IMG/VR virus record: IMGVR_UViG_3300015375_001377
Span: 1-64,000 of that record
Source of the DNA: a virus
Taxonomy: Duplodnaviria; Caudoviricetes
Reading direction: 5' to 3' (one strand)
Length of the DNA stretch: 64,000 bases
Shown: positions 9,395 through 18,840 of the stretch, in pieces
How positions within the stretch are numbered: position 1 is the first letter of the stretch
How the letters are laid out: the number at the start of each line of letters is the position of its first letter
Translations under genes and position numbers: made by a program
Notes under the pieces: model-generated
Database searches by the model: none
Seen by the model: the letters and a program-made list of their open reading frames with translations, nothing else
Told to the model about the DNA's origin: nothing

Positions 9395-10071
9395 AAAATA
9401 AGTATATTATTTTTTCTGTTAGCAGAGGCAATATTGAAGAATCTCAATTATTTAAAAGTTTAACAGAAATTTTAAAATATAACCCCACAGTCTCTACAAA
9501 ATTTAAAAGCAACAACACCTTGGGGCTTAGTCGAGTTTATAATAATTTTATTAAGTATGATGCAGGAGATAGTGATGTGGCGATATTCGTACACGATGAT
9601 GTCTATTTAGATGATTTTAGAATTTTCAGTAAATTAGATGAAGCACATAGCAGATTCGATATAGTAGGCCTTGCAGGAGGAATCAGCCCTCGTATAACAG
9701 CTCCAGCATTGTGGCATTTAATGTGTGGGGGGTTTAGTAGCGGTAATTTAAGAGGAGCAGTTGCGCATCCTTGTAACAAAGAGCAAATTGCTGTAACTTC
9801 TTTTGGACCTACCCCGTCTCGTGTGGCTATTTTAGATGGTTTGTTTTTAAGTATCAAACTTCGTTCTGTAAGATCATGTAACTGGAGATTTAACGAAAAC
9901 TATAATTTTCATCATTATGATATTGCAAGCTGTATAGATGCTAATCATAAAAAACTAAGATTAGGTGTTTGGCCTATTTGGGTAACACACACTTCTCCTG
10001 GCTTATTAAATCCTAACGATAAAGATTTTAATTATAGTCAAACAAGGTTTTTAAAAGAATACACCCGTTGA
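9391..10071 (+). CDS. Glycosyltransferase, GT-A fold (GT2-like)
   Basis: IFVHDDVYLDD (DxD), DIVGLAG, LDGLFL, FHHYD. ATGA overlap with the GATase. Confidence 0.75.
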   Translation: MKNKYIIFSVSRGNIEESQLFKSLTEILKYNPTVSTKFKSNNTLGLSRVYNNFIKYDAGDSDVAIFVHDDVYLDDFRIFSKLDEAHSRFDIVGLAGGISPRITAPALWHLMCGGFSSGNLRGAVAHPCNKEQIAVTSFGPTPSRVAILDGLFLSIKLRSVRSCNWRFNENYNFHHYDIASCIDANHKKLRLGVWPIWVTHTSPGLLNPNDKDFNYSQTRFLKEYTR

Positions 10072-10095
10072 TAATGTAAAAAAGTATATTACTAT
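10068..10095 (+). promoter_or_regulatory. Early sigma70-type promoter (gp41)
   Basis: TTGATA-N16-TACTAT-N6-ATG(10102). Confidence 0.65.
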
Positions 10096-10101
10096 AATTA
10101 A

Positions 10102-11427
10102 ATGGGCAAGCTTGATCTAGATTTTTTTGAAAGTATTATAGTTTATAAATCTCTTACAGATGAAACTTATCTTTCGTCTATTATTGATCATATAAAACCG
10201 GTTTATTTTAAAAATAAAGATATTAAAAACATTTTTGAGATTATTGCTGATTTTTATAACTCAAGAGGCACAAGACCTACTTTAACTGAAATAAAGACTA
10301 AATTAGATAATGATGATTTAAAGAATAGCTTTAAAAATGTAGTTAATACATTTACAGCTATTGATAAAAATTTTAATATTGATGAGCTTACTAATAATAC
10401 TGAAACTTTTATAAAGGAAAAAGCTGTTTACAATACCATGCTAAGTGTTGTAGATGATATTAATAAAAATTCTGTAGATACTTCTAAAATTTTAAATCAA
10501 TTTGAAAAAGCATGTAGTATATCCCTTACTACTGATATAGGTACAGATTTTCTTGAAAATATAGATCATTTTATTGATTCACTTAAAAAACAAGAATCTT
10601 ACATACCTACTAAATGGAAATGGCTTGACGATAAAATGGGAGGAGGCTTACTAGAAAACGGTAGAGCTTTATATGTATTTGCTGGTGAGACAAATATTGG
10701 TAAAAGTATATTTCTAGGCAATATTGCAACGAATATTGCTTCTCAAGGTAAGACAGTTTTACTTGTTAGCTTAGAAATGCCTGAACTTATTTACGCCAAG
10801 AGACTTGCAACTAACATTACTAAAATTCCCTTTTCACATTTACAAGCCGAATCCACCACTTTACATCAATCGTTAGTAAACTATAAGAATGACCATAGTG
10901 ATTCTAGAATTATTATTAAGGAATTTCCACCCTCAGTTTTAACTTGTAATCAGTTAAGAGCTTTTATTAAAAAACTTTTTAGTAAAAATATTAAAATTGA
11001 TGCTTTAGTACTAGATTATATTAATCTATTACATACAACTATAGGAAATAGCATTTATGAAAGAATTAAAGTTGTTACCGAACAACTAAGAGCATTAAGC
11101 TATATTTTTAATATACCCGTAATTTCAGCTACTCAATTAAATAGAGAAGGGTACGAAATTAGTAATCCAGGTCTTAAGACGCTGTCTGAGTCTATGGGCA
11201 CCGGCCACACTGCAGATGTTATTTTAAGTATTTGGCAAGAGGATACAGATAAAGAATTAGGTGTTATTAACATGGGTCTTATGAAGAACAGATTTGGTCC
11301 AAACTTTGGTTCTATTAAAATGAGAATAGACTATAGTACGCTGACTTTAAAAGAAGATGAAATTAATAATGAAACCGAATCTGCAGTTTCTAGTATTTCT
11401 ATGCTAAATAATTTAGCCACAAGTTGA
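10102..11427 (+). CDS. gp41: Replicative DnaB-like helicase (gp41)
   Basis: AGETNIGKS Walker A, VSLEM, VLDYINLL, SATQLNREG, KNRFG. Confidence 0.93.
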   Translation: MGKLDLDFFESIIVYKSLTDETYLSSIIDHIKPVYFKNKDIKNIFEIIADFYNSRGTRPTLTEIKTKLDNDDLKNSFKNVVNTFTAIDKNFNIDELTNNTETFIKEKAVYNTMLSVVDDINKNSVDTSKILNQFEKACSISLTTDIGTDFLENIDHFIDSLKKQESYIPTKWKWLDDKMGGGLLENGRALYVFAGETNIGKSIFLGNIATNIASQGKTVLLVSLEMPELIYAKRLATNITKIPFSHLQAESTTLHQSLVNYKNDHSDSRIIIKEFPPSVLTCNQLRAFIKKLFSKNIKIDALVLDYINLLHTTIGNSIYERIKVVTEQLRALSYIFNIPVISATQLNREGYEISNPGLKTLSESMGTGHTADVILSIWQEDTDKELGVINMGLMKNRFGPNFGSIKMRIDYSTLTLKEDEINNETESAVSSISMLNNLATS

Positions 11428-11451
11428 TTTAAAGCAAAATATTATTAATAT
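11424..11451 (+). promoter_or_regulatory. Early sigma70-type promoter (DHH gene)
   Basis: TTGATT-N16-TAATAT-N5-GTG(11457). Confidence 0.55.
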
Positions 11452-11456
11452 ATGAA

Positions 11457-12359
11457 GTGGTAAACAATTTACAAAAGAACAGTATCTATCTTTTTACAGA
11501 TCATGATTTAGATGGTGCTGGATGCTATTACATTCTAAGATCTTATTTAGGTGATGATTTTGACATAATACAGACTTCAGAAAAAAAATTTGCAGATGAT
11601 TTTAGCTCCTTATCCAATAAAGACACCTACAAGAAAATTTATATTTTTGATTTAGATGTAATAGTAGATCATTTAGATTTAATAGACCTAAATAATGTTG
11701 TCTACATGCATCATCGTAATCTTGCAGGTATTTCTAATATTAAGCCTAAAAACCTACGTAACGAGAGTGAAGAATGCACAAGCTGTACAAAGCTACTATA
11801 TAGGAAATTAAAAGATAAGCTTAAAACCCCAATGTCTGAAGAGCAGAAATCTCTTATTGCTCTTATTGATGATTATGATAGTTATAATCTTAAATCACCT
11901 AACTCACTAAAATTAAATTTTTATTATTGGTCCTTTAAATACGATAAAGCTAAGAAATTTTTTGAAAATTTTAATAACGGGTTTAGTAAATTTAATGATT
12001 ATCAAAACAAAATAATATCTGATTGTGAGGAAAAATTTAACAACATCTACAAAAACTTACAAATTTTTAAAGGAGATGTAAAAGTCGGTGATCAAAAATT
12101 AACAATTTGTAGTACCTTTAATAGCTTTTCTCCTTCCGAAATATGTCATAAAATAATTAACGATCATAGTTGCGATGTTGTAATAAACGTAAATTTAAAT
12201 AATAATTATCTCAATATAAGAAAATCTCCTAGCTGCAGTTTGCACTTAGGCAATTTTGCTAAAAGACTTTTTGATGGGGGCGGTGATTCAAAAGTTGCAG
12301 GTGGGCATCTTAACAAAAATTTTTTAGTATTATCTAAACAGCTATTTCCAATTACATGA
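11457..12359 (+). CDS. DHH-family phosphoesterase/nuclease
   Basis: TDHDLDGAG, IFDLDV, MHHR (DHH equivalent), DDYD, C-terminal GGGDSKVAGG (DHHA1-like). Confidence 0.75.
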   Translation: MVNNLQKNSIYLFTDHDLDGAGCYYILRSYLGDDFDIIQTSEKKFADDFSSLSNKDTYKKIYIFDLDVIVDHLDLIDLNNVVYMHHRNLAGISNIKPKNLRNESEECTSCTKLLYRKLKDKLKTPMSEEQKSLIALIDDYDSYNLKSPNSLKLNFYYWSFKYDKAKKFFENFNNGFSKFNDYQNKIISDCEEKFNNIYKNLQIFKGDVKVGDQKLTICSTFNSFSPSEICHKIINDHSCDVVINVNLNNNYLNIRKSPSCSLHLGNFAKRLFDGGGDSKVAGGHLNKNFLVLSKQLFPIT

Positions 12360-12634
12360 TAGACCCTATTGAAACATTGTCAGAACTAGAAACAACACAT
12401 TTGTTTCTTTGTGTATGCTCTTTCTGTACACTAAATGTAAACAAAAAATTAAACATGGCAAATACGTTTTTATTAATTTTAAAAGACCCAATCTACAGAA
12501 GCTTTTTTAAAAAATACTGTGATTTTAGCAATGATTATGCAGCATTTAAGTTTTTCCTAAAATACGACAACACATTATACAAAAGTAAATATATTAAAAA
12601 ATTTTTAAATTCTAAAACATTTTCACTAAGTTGA
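12356..12634 (+). CDS. Hypothetical protein (occupies the gp33-like position before gp59/gp32)
   Basis: 92-aa ORF with ATGA overlap. The functional guess rests on synteny only. Confidence 0.4.
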   Translation: MIDPIETLSELETTHLFLCVCSFCTLNVNKKLNMANTFLLILKDPIYRSFFKKYCDFSNDYAAFKFFLKYDNTLYKSKYIKKFLNSKTFSLS

Positions 12635-12658
12635 ATATAAGCAGTTTTAGTTTATACT
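12631..12658 (+). promoter_or_regulatory. Early sigma70-type promoter
   Basis: TTGAAT-N16-TATACT-N6-GTG(12665). Confidence 0.7.
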
Positions 12659-12664
12659 AAGATA

Positions 12665-13306
12665 GTGACTTCAGTTTTCGAGCAATTTATCTATAATTCA
12701 TATTTAAAAAGTATGAGATCTAGCAAAGGTAAACCGTACAAACTTAAGAAAAAATTTGATGATATTGAACCTGAAAAAGAATATTCGCTAAAAAAATTAT
12801 CATTATTTTTTAATTCACATAAAGAGATTAAGCCAGAAGAGTTTTTTCTAGCATCTTATAAACTATACCCCGATGAGCCGTTTTTTGACTTAAAATATTT
12901 TACAACCTTAAAGGCAATAAAAGCTTATACCACATTTCAAAAAGATAGAGAATCATTAGATCCCGATTCTGAAGAGCAAATTAATTTTACTAAAGAATCA
13001 ATTTTATATATAAATAAATTTTGTAAAGATAATAATATAGCTTTTAAGAATTATTTGACTCATATTTCTGTAAAAACACCAACTTTTCTCATACATTTAA
13101 AAGAAAGAAACATAAACATTTATTCTGTCATAGGCTTTAAGAATTTTGAAAAATACTTTTTTAGTATAGATAAAGAGATTTTAAACTTAATGTTCAATGA
13201 AAGCTTTATAGATAACATTAGTACATTTAAAATTAAATTTTTTAATTCAAATAGATGTAAAATGTTAGTCAACAAAGCGTTAAATTTTGTTGTAAAAAAG
13301 ACTTGA
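12665..13306 (+). CDS. Probable helicase loader (gp59-like)
   Basis: 213 aa, Lys/Phe-rich and helical, N-terminus FEQFIYNSYL, directly upstream of gp32 as in T4. Confidence 0.45.
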   Translation: MTSVFEQFIYNSYLKSMRSSKGKPYKLKKKFDDIEPEKEYSLKKLSLFFNSHKEIKPEEFFLASYKLYPDEPFFDLKYFTTLKAIKAYTTFQKDRESLDPDSEEQINFTKESILYINKFCKDNNIAFKNYLTHISVKTPTFLIHLKERNINIYSVIGFKNFEKYFFSIDKEILNLMFNESFIDNISTFKIKFFNSNRCKMLVNKALNFVVKKT

Positions 13307-13330
13307 TAATTTTCTTTTATATATTAATAT
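13303..13330 (+). promoter_or_regulatory. Early sigma70-type promoter (gp32)
   Basis: TTGATA-N16-TAATAT-N6-ATG(13337). Confidence 0.7.
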
Positions 13331-13336
13331 TAACTT

Positions 13337-14218
13337 ATGAATTCATTAACTAGCTCAATGTTTGAAAGTATTAAGAGCGCTCTCACTAAAGAGACTCAGT
13401 CTAATACTAATAATAAATATAAGGAAATTTTAAAGACCGAGGTAGGTAATACATATACAGTTAGATTATTACCTAATGTTTCTAACCCTTCCAAGACATT
13501 TTTTCATTATTATTCTTATGGGTGGAATAGCTTTTCTACTGGCCAGCTTATTACAGTTGTAAGCCCTACTACTTGGAATGAGCGTGACCCTATTGCAGAA
13601 GAGCGCTATCGTATTTTACGTACAGGAACCGATGAAGAGAAGAAAAAAGCCGAAGCTCTTAAGCGCAGAGAACACTGGTTTGTTAATGCATATGTTATTA
13701 ACGATCCAGTAAATGAAGACAACAACAATAAGATTAAAGTCATCAGGTTTGGTCGTCAGCTATACAAAATTATTATGGATGCTATTGAAGGAGAAGAGGC
13801 AGAGGATTTAGGCCCTAGAATTTTTGATTTGTCTCCCAAAGGTGTCAACTTTAAGATTAAGGTAGAAAAACAAGGAGACTACCCTACATATGTCTCCTCT
13901 AAGTTCACTACTCCTAAAGAAGTTGAAGGTCTAGATGAGGACAATTATAAGAAAATTTATGATAATATTTTTGATCTTGAATCTTTTGTAACTCTTAAGA
14001 GTTATGATGATCTTAAGGAGACACTTAACAAGCATTATTTTTGTACTGATGATATAGAGGATACAGTAGAGGCAGAAGAGACTCCTGCTCCTCAAATTCA
14101 AGTTTCGCAAAAACCAGTTAAGAAAGAAGTTAAAACTGAAAAAGTCATAACTTCCAGTAAATCAGATGATTCTAATAATGATGATGAAGCGCTTAAAGAG
14201 CTTCTAAAGGATCTATAA
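13337..14218 (+). CDS. gp32: Single-stranded DNA-binding protein (gp32-like)
   Basis: VRLLP, DPIAE, NAYVINDP, FGRQLYKII, FDL...GVNFKIK, YVSSKF, acidic C-terminal tail. Confidence 0.88.
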   Translation: MNSLTSSMFESIKSALTKETQSNTNNKYKEILKTEVGNTYTVRLLPNVSNPSKTFFHYYSYGWNSFSTGQLITVVSPTTWNERDPIAEERYRILRTGTDEEKKKAEALKRREHWFVNAYVINDPVNEDNNNKIKVIRFGRQLYKIIMDAIEGEEAEDLGPRIFDLSPKGVNFKIKVEKQGDYPTYVSSKFTTPKEVEGLDEDNYKKIYDNIFDLESFVTLKSYDDLKETLNKHYFCTDDIEDTVEAEETPAPQIQVSQKPVKKEVKTEKVITSSKSDDSNNDDEALKELLKDL

Positions 14219-14562
14219 TGCAACAGTTCACTGAGGATTTAAACCCAGATGAGGCAAAGCTTATCGCTTTGCAATTTTTAGGTCAAAATATAGGTGAGTT
14301 AAAAGAGCTAGACAAAAGAATTATTAATAAAACACCTACATTAAATGGATTAAAAATAGATCCAAAAAAAGTTATTGACTCTATACCGTCTAGAACTATT
14401 GCAACTAAATCTCCCACTCAACAGTTACCTGTACAAACTGTTAGTAAAACTGTTAAGACAGTTAAGCAATTACAAGCTACAGCATCAGATTCAGATTTGC
14501 CAATATTAGAAAAAATTTATAACAAACTTTGTGATATTGAGAATCTTCTTGCAATACGCTAA
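14218..14562 (+). CDS. Hypothetical protein
   Basis: 114-aa ORF, TAATG-coupled to gp32. Confidence 0.55.
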   Translation: MQQFTEDLNPDEAKLIALQFLGQNIGELKELDKRIINKTPTLNGLKIDPKKVIDSIPSRTIATKSPTQQLPVQTVSKTVKTVKQLQATASDSDLPILEKIYNKLCDIENLLAIR

Positions 14563-14576
14563 GCTTATTTTATATT
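14549..14576 (+). promoter_or_regulatory. Early sigma70-type promoter (gp45)
   Basis: TTGCAA-N16-TATATT-N6-ATG(14583). Confidence 0.65.
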
Positions 14577-14582
14577 GTTTAA

Positions 14583-15314
14583 ATGCCTATAACTATTAGT
14601 AATAAAAATGACTTTGTAAATAGCTTTTTGTCACCTATTAGTAAAATATCTAATAGTGCTGTTCTTGTTACCAAGGAAAATCAAATACTATCAACACTCT
14701 CTACTCCAGATAATACTATTTTAGTCAACCTTACATTTAGTAATAAAGTTAAACTAACCCCTCATACGCTTAATATACCAGATATATCAAAGCTTGTACG
14801 GGTGCTGAATATCTTAGATGAAGATGATCTTATACTTACTGTTGATAGTAATAACATATCCTATAAATCATCTACATCTCGCTTTAAGTTTCATTTGTAT
14901 GAAGACGGTATTATAAGTGTGCCTAAGGTTACATTTGAAAAGCTTAATCAATTAACATTTGACGGCACTTTTTCAATTGATTATAGCACGCTAGTTAGCC
15001 TTATTAAAGGCAGTACTATTGCAACAGACTCTAATAAAATCTATCTTAGTTTTGATAAAGGTGATATATTTTGTGATTTGACAGATAAGAGTAGGCCTAA
15101 TGTAGATTCCTATGGAATGAAACTTGCTAGCAATTATACAGGCCCCCAGCTCTCTATTCCTGTAGCTTTAAGCTTTGAGACATTTAGAATTCTTTCATCT
15201 ATGAAATTTAAAGAACTTAAATGTTCATTTTGCTCAGCTAAAAGTATATTTGTTTTAGAAGCAACACCTAATAATTGTTGTATTAAATTTGTTATATCTG
15301 CGCTATCTAATTAA
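14583..15314 (+). CDS. gp45: Sliding clamp (gp45/PCNA-like)
   Basis: 243 aa two-domain alpha/beta pattern (IPDISKLVRVL, LTVDSNNISYK, FKFHL), consistent with gp45/PCNA size and fold. Confidence 0.7.
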   Translation: MPITISNKNDFVNSFLSPISKISNSAVLVTKENQILSTLSTPDNTILVNLTFSNKVKLTPHTLNIPDISKLVRVLNILDEDDLILTVDSNNISYKSSTSRFKFHLYEDGIISVPKVTFEKLNQLTFDGTFSIDYSTLVSLIKGSTIATDSNKIYLSFDKGDIFCDLTDKSRPNVDSYGMKLASNYTGPQLSIPVALSFETFRILSSMKFKELKCSFCSAKSIFVLEATPNNCCIKFVISALSN

Positions 15315-15316
15315 TA

Positions 15317-15344
15317 TTGAATTTTTAATATTAGTGTATAAATT
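15317..15344 (+). promoter_or_regulatory. Early sigma70-type promoter
   Basis: TTGAAT-N16-TAAATT-N5-ATG(15350). Confidence 0.5.
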
Positions 15345-15349
15345 GTTAT

Positions 15350-15718
15350 ATGGCGAATAACAAATTACGTACCCCTGGTTATTTTATTAAGAGATTAAGA
15401 GAAAACGGGTTTATAGTTGTAAGATTGTTTTCAGTTTACGGTAAGCACGATCCAAGAAGATGGTCCATTATTATTAATCCAAGCGGCGAGAGTGTAATTT
15501 GTACTTGCTATACTAATAAAAATGAACTAGGAGAAACCTTGTTTGAATTTAATGATGGAGGCGTCAAGATACCTAAAAATATGTATTTAAAAACAGATAG
15601 TGTTGAAGTAGTTGTAAGCTTTTTGTTTGAGCATGGTATAAGAAACCAGAATTACCCAGGTAGAGATAGATACATACGTAAAGTCATAAATAATTATAAC
15701 GCCAATGAAAAAACATGA
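15350..15718 (+). CDS. Hypothetical protein
   Basis: 122-aa ORF with its own promoter. Confidence 0.6.
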   Translation: MANNKLRTPGYFIKRLRENGFIVVRLFSVYGKHDPRRWSIIINPSGESVICTCYTNKNELGETLFEFNDGGVKIPKNMYLKTDSVEVVVSFLFEHGIRNQNYPGRDRYIRKVINNYNANEKT

Positions 15719-16019
15719 CAAGAATAGCGATAAAAAATCTAACGATAAGTTAGATCCTCAGAGTCTTCATGAATTGACAAATAGTAAAATTATGGAGTAT
15801 TTACAAAATAAATTAAACTCCAAAATGGAAACTCGCAAAGATTTAGATTTACTTAAAAGCACAGTTGAAGAGTTTTTAAACAGCTTTATTATTCTAGGTT
15901 ATACCTTCGAAGGCGAGCCTATTAACATGATGCAATGCCACAACCAACAGGAAGCTGATAGCCTAGCAACCCTAGTTAACAAAGTTTTTATTCAGAATAA
16001 TTCTCATAGAGAAGATTGA
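15705..16019 (+). CDS. Hypothetical protein
   Basis: 104-aa ORF overlapping the previous stop. Confidence 0.55.
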   Translation: MKKHDKNSDKKSNDKLDPQSLHELTNSKIMEYLQNKLNSKMETRKDLDLLKSTVEEFLNSFIILGYTFEGEPINMMQCHNQQEADSLATLVNKVFIQNNSHRED

Positions 16020-16043
16020 TTTATTTTTGTTTTATAATAAAAT
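16016..16043 (+). promoter_or_regulatory. Early sigma70-type promoter (RmlD-like gene)
   Basis: TTGATT-N16-TAAAAT-N6-ATG(16050). Confidence 0.65.
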
Positions 16044-16049
16044 TATATA

Positions 16050-16919
16050 ATGTTTAATATTTTAATTTTAGGTAAGGGATTTGTAGGAAATAGTCTTTAT
16101 AATTATTTAGAAAATTTTAATAGTGCTGTAACTTTTGTCAACAAGGAAGCATTAGACTATACTAATGAGAGTGTTTTAAATAATTTTCTTAATTACAAAA
16201 AATTTGATTTTTTAGTTAATTGTTCAGGTTACACTGGCTTACCTAATGTTGATGCTTGCGAAAGCGATAAAGAAAATTGTTATAAATATAATGTTGTTGT
16301 ACCTACGATTCTAGCTAAATGTTGTGATTTAAATAAAGTAAAACTTATAAATGTCTCCTCAGGCTGTATATATTCAGGGTACGATAAAAATTATTCTGAA
16401 GATGATATACCAAATTTTGGAATTTTTAACCCTGATTCTAGCTTTTACAGTAAAACAAAACATATTTGTGAAACTGTTCTAGATAATTTTAACTCAATTA
16501 CTTTGAGGATAAGAATGCCTTTAAGTTGCGATAATAGTCCCAAGAATTTAATTAATAAGGTTTTAAAATATGAAAATCTTATATCATTAGAGAACAGTGC
16601 TACTCATTTAGATGATTTAAATAGATTTATTTTTCATCTAATAAACCACAAAGATGTTAGTAATCTGAGAGGACCGCTTAATGTTGTCAACCCAGGCACT
16701 ATATCTTGCAAAAAGATAGCAGACATTATTTCATCACTTACTGACAAACATCCCAATTGGAAATTTGTGGATATGTCCGACCTCTCAATAAAAGCAAAAA
16801 GATCTAACTGTATTTTATCAGACAGCAAGATTCAAAGTTTAAATCTCGGTCTTAGGCCTATAGATTCTATTCTTACAGATACTGTTGTAAGTGTACTTAA
16901 TTATGAATCTGCTATTTAA
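16050..16919 (+). CDS. NAD(P)-dependent NDP-sugar reductase/epimerase (RmlD-like SDR)
   Basis: ILILGKGFVG Rossmann motif, NCSGYTG-x3-VDACE, VSSGCIY, catalytic YSKTK, LRIRMP. Confidence 0.85.
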   Translation: MFNILILGKGFVGNSLYNYLENFNSAVTFVNKEALDYTNESVLNNFLNYKKFDFLVNCSGYTGLPNVDACESDKENCYKYNVVVPTILAKCCDLNKVKLINVSSGCIYSGYDKNYSEDDIPNFGIFNPDSSFYSKTKHICETVLDNFNSITLRIRMPLSCDNSPKNLINKVLKYENLISLENSATHLDDLNRFIFHLINHKDVSNLRGPLNVVNPGTISCKKIADIISSLTDKHPNWKFVDMSDLSIKAKRSNCILSDSKIQSLNLGLRPIDSILTDTVVSVLNYESAI

Positions 16920-17175
16920 TAAATTTAAGCACCCTAAAAAAAAGACTGTGTACGCTGTTACAAAAGGTACTTATTTAGGCGAATTATTAGTTTTTATGGA
17001 AGAGGAATTAGAACTAAAATTTCTTACTCTTCCGAATATGATTATTAGAAGTATTCCTAGAGATAAGTTTGAATTAGGGCTTAAAGAAGGTATAGTAGAT
17101 GTAGTCAAAAAGATACCAAACTATGTCTACAGCACTTGCAAGAAACAGTATTTGAAAAATAAAAATACTGCATAA
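16903..17175 (+). CDS. Hypothetical protein
   Basis: ATG 16903 preferred over GTG 16891; overlaps the RmlD-like stop. Confidence 0.5.
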   Translation: MNLLFNKFKHPKKKTVYAVTKGTYLGELLVFMEEELELKFLTLPNMIIRSIPRDKFELGLKEGIVDVVKKIPNYVYSTCKKQYLKNKNTA

Positions 17176-17178
17176 ATA
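17173..17178 (+). promoter_or_regulatory. Late promoter
   Basis: ATAAATA-N5-ATG(17184). Confidence 0.6.
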
Positions 17179-17183
17179 ATTTT

Positions 17184-17375
17184 ATGAATTTTATTACACC
17201 TAAGCCAATTATATCACCTATTAGTGGGCAAATGTCAAAACCAGTTTTAAAAACATACATTAGAGAGGGTAAAGAAATTGTAGAAGCTGAGTATTATGAT
17301 CCTGCTAGTGGTACTTTTATTAGAAAAGGCATTGTGTCTGTAAAAGATATAGCTCCTAAGACAGATAGTAAATAA
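17184..17375 (+). CDS. Small hypothetical late protein
   Basis: 63 aa, TAAATA box 5 nt upstream. Confidence 0.6.
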   Translation: MNFITPKPIISPISGQMSKPVLKTYIREGKEIVEAEYYDPASGTFIRKGIVSVKDIAPKTDSK

Positions 17376-17378
17376 TAG

Positions 17379-17406
17379 TTTATTTTTAGTTAAAAGATAA
17401 TATTAT
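17379..17406 (+). promoter_or_regulatory. Early sigma70-type promoter (primase)
   Basis: TTTATT-N16-TATTAT-N6-GTG(17413). Confidence 0.5.
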
Positions 17407-17412
17407 ATTTGA

Positions 17413-18450
17413 GTGATATTGCCTCAAGAATATATAGTACAAAAATACTATCAATACGCTGGTTTTCCCAAATTTAAACGGTATACAAACACACATGAAG
17501 CTTGTTGTCCTATTTGTAGGGAAGGAAACAGCTGGGGGAAGAAAAAAAGATCTTATTATTTGGTAGACAAAAATGCAATATGTTGTCACAATTGCGGGTG
17601 GTACAGTAACCCGTTTAAATGGATTCAAGAAGTTTCCGGTTTAACAGAAAATGAAATTTTAAAAGAGAGCAAAAACTTTGACACTGTCTCTCTAGATCTC
17701 TTACAAGAAGAAGAAAAACCTAGAACTTATACAGTAAAAAGACTCCCTGAAGATAGTATAAATTTATTTGACACTACTCAAGTAGATTATTACAAAGATG
17801 AGCCTGTAGTAAGAGATGCAATAAATTTAATAAAGAAAAGAAAATTAGATATCGCTATTAATAGACCGCCGACACTCTGGCTTTCTCTTACAGACAAAAT
17901 TCATAAAAACAGATTAATTATACCTTTTTATAATTCATCTAATGAGATTGTGTTTTATCAATCTAGAACCATATTAAAGAACGATACAAGGCTCTATCCA
18001 AAATATTTGAGTAAAGTAAATAGTGAGCGTGCTCTTTATGGTCTTAATAATATAACTCTTGATATAGATAGCCTTTTTATTTTTGAAGGCCCTATTGATG
18101 CTTTTTTTGTTAAAAACGGAACTGCTGTTTGTGGTATTCAAGAAAATAGTAATAACATGTTCTCCAGATTTCAAGAAGAGCAAATCTCTTCATTTAGTAT
18201 TTTAAATAAAGTATGGGTTTTAGATAATCAATGGACAGATACAGCTAGCAAGAAAAAAACCAAGAAACTAATAGAATCAGGTCAAATAGTTTTTATATGG
18301 CCTGAAAAATTAAAACCATTTAAAGATATAAATGACTATTGTACAGTTAAGAATTTAAAATGTATAGAGCCTGAATTTATTTTAGAAAATTCTTTTTATG
18401 GCTTAAAAGCTGAATTAGCTTTAGCTAATATTAATCGTTGTTTGATATAA
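17413..18450 (+). CDS. gp61: DNA primase (gp61-like)
   Basis: Zn finger CPIC...CHNC, RLIIPF, YQSR, PKYL, TOPRIM FIFEGPIDAFF, LDN, KDIND. Confidence 0.93.
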   Translation: MILPQEYIVQKYYQYAGFPKFKRYTNTHEACCPICREGNSWGKKKRSYYLVDKNAICCHNCGWYSNPFKWIQEVSGLTENEILKESKNFDTVSLDLLQEEEKPRTYTVKRLPEDSINLFDTTQVDYYKDEPVVRDAINLIKKRKLDIAINRPPTLWLSLTDKIHKNRLIIPFYNSSNEIVFYQSRTILKNDTRLYPKYLSKVNSERALYGLNNITLDIDSLFIFEGPIDAFFVKNGTAVCGIQENSNNMFSRFQEEQISSFSILNKVWVLDNQWTDTASKKKTKKLIESGQIVFIWPEKLKPFKDINDYCTVKNLKCIEPEFILENSFYGLKAELALANINRCLI

Positions 18451-18835
18451 GATAGCCTTTGAGGGCTTGTGATAAAGCACTTAACTCTGAAGCAAGTCTT
18501 GAAATTTTCTTTGTCTCACTTCTAGCTATCTTATCAAAAATAGATTCACAACTAGCTTTGTGTAGTTGTGTTTGAACCGATGTACCATCAGTAGAGTTTA
18601 AGAAATTCGTAAACTCATCAATTTTACCAATCCACTCTTGAAGTTTTCTTTTTTGCTCTATCTTACTTGCATCAACAGCAGCTAATGCAGCAGCATCTAC
18701 ATCAAAATCCTCAGGCTTAGCAGTATCAAGCTGAGATGCCATCGCCTCTCTATCTGTACTAGGTACTGGTTGATTAACCTCTACATCTGCATCTTGCTCT
18801 AATAATACTTCAAAAGCTTTTCTAAATAAACTCAT
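18431..18835 (-). CDS. Hypothetical late protein, candidate head-internal protein
   Basis: 134 aa, N-terminus MSLFRKAFEVLLEQ, TAAATA-N5-ATG. Confidence 0.6.
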   Translation of the reverse strand: MSLFRKAFEVLLEQDADVEVNQPVPSTDREAMASQLDTAKPEDFDVDAAALAAVDASKIEQKRKLQEWIGKIDEFTNFLNSTDGTSVQTQLHKASCESIFDKIARSETKKISRLASELSALSQALKGYLISNND

Positions 18836-18840
18836 ACAAT

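Noticed and set aside
11452-11463. Mini-ORF ATG AAG TGG TAA overlapping the DHH start as a regulatory uORF
   Set aside because: The -35/N16/-10 geometry fits the GTG 11457 start; a 3-codon ORF is expected by chance in AT-rich DNA.
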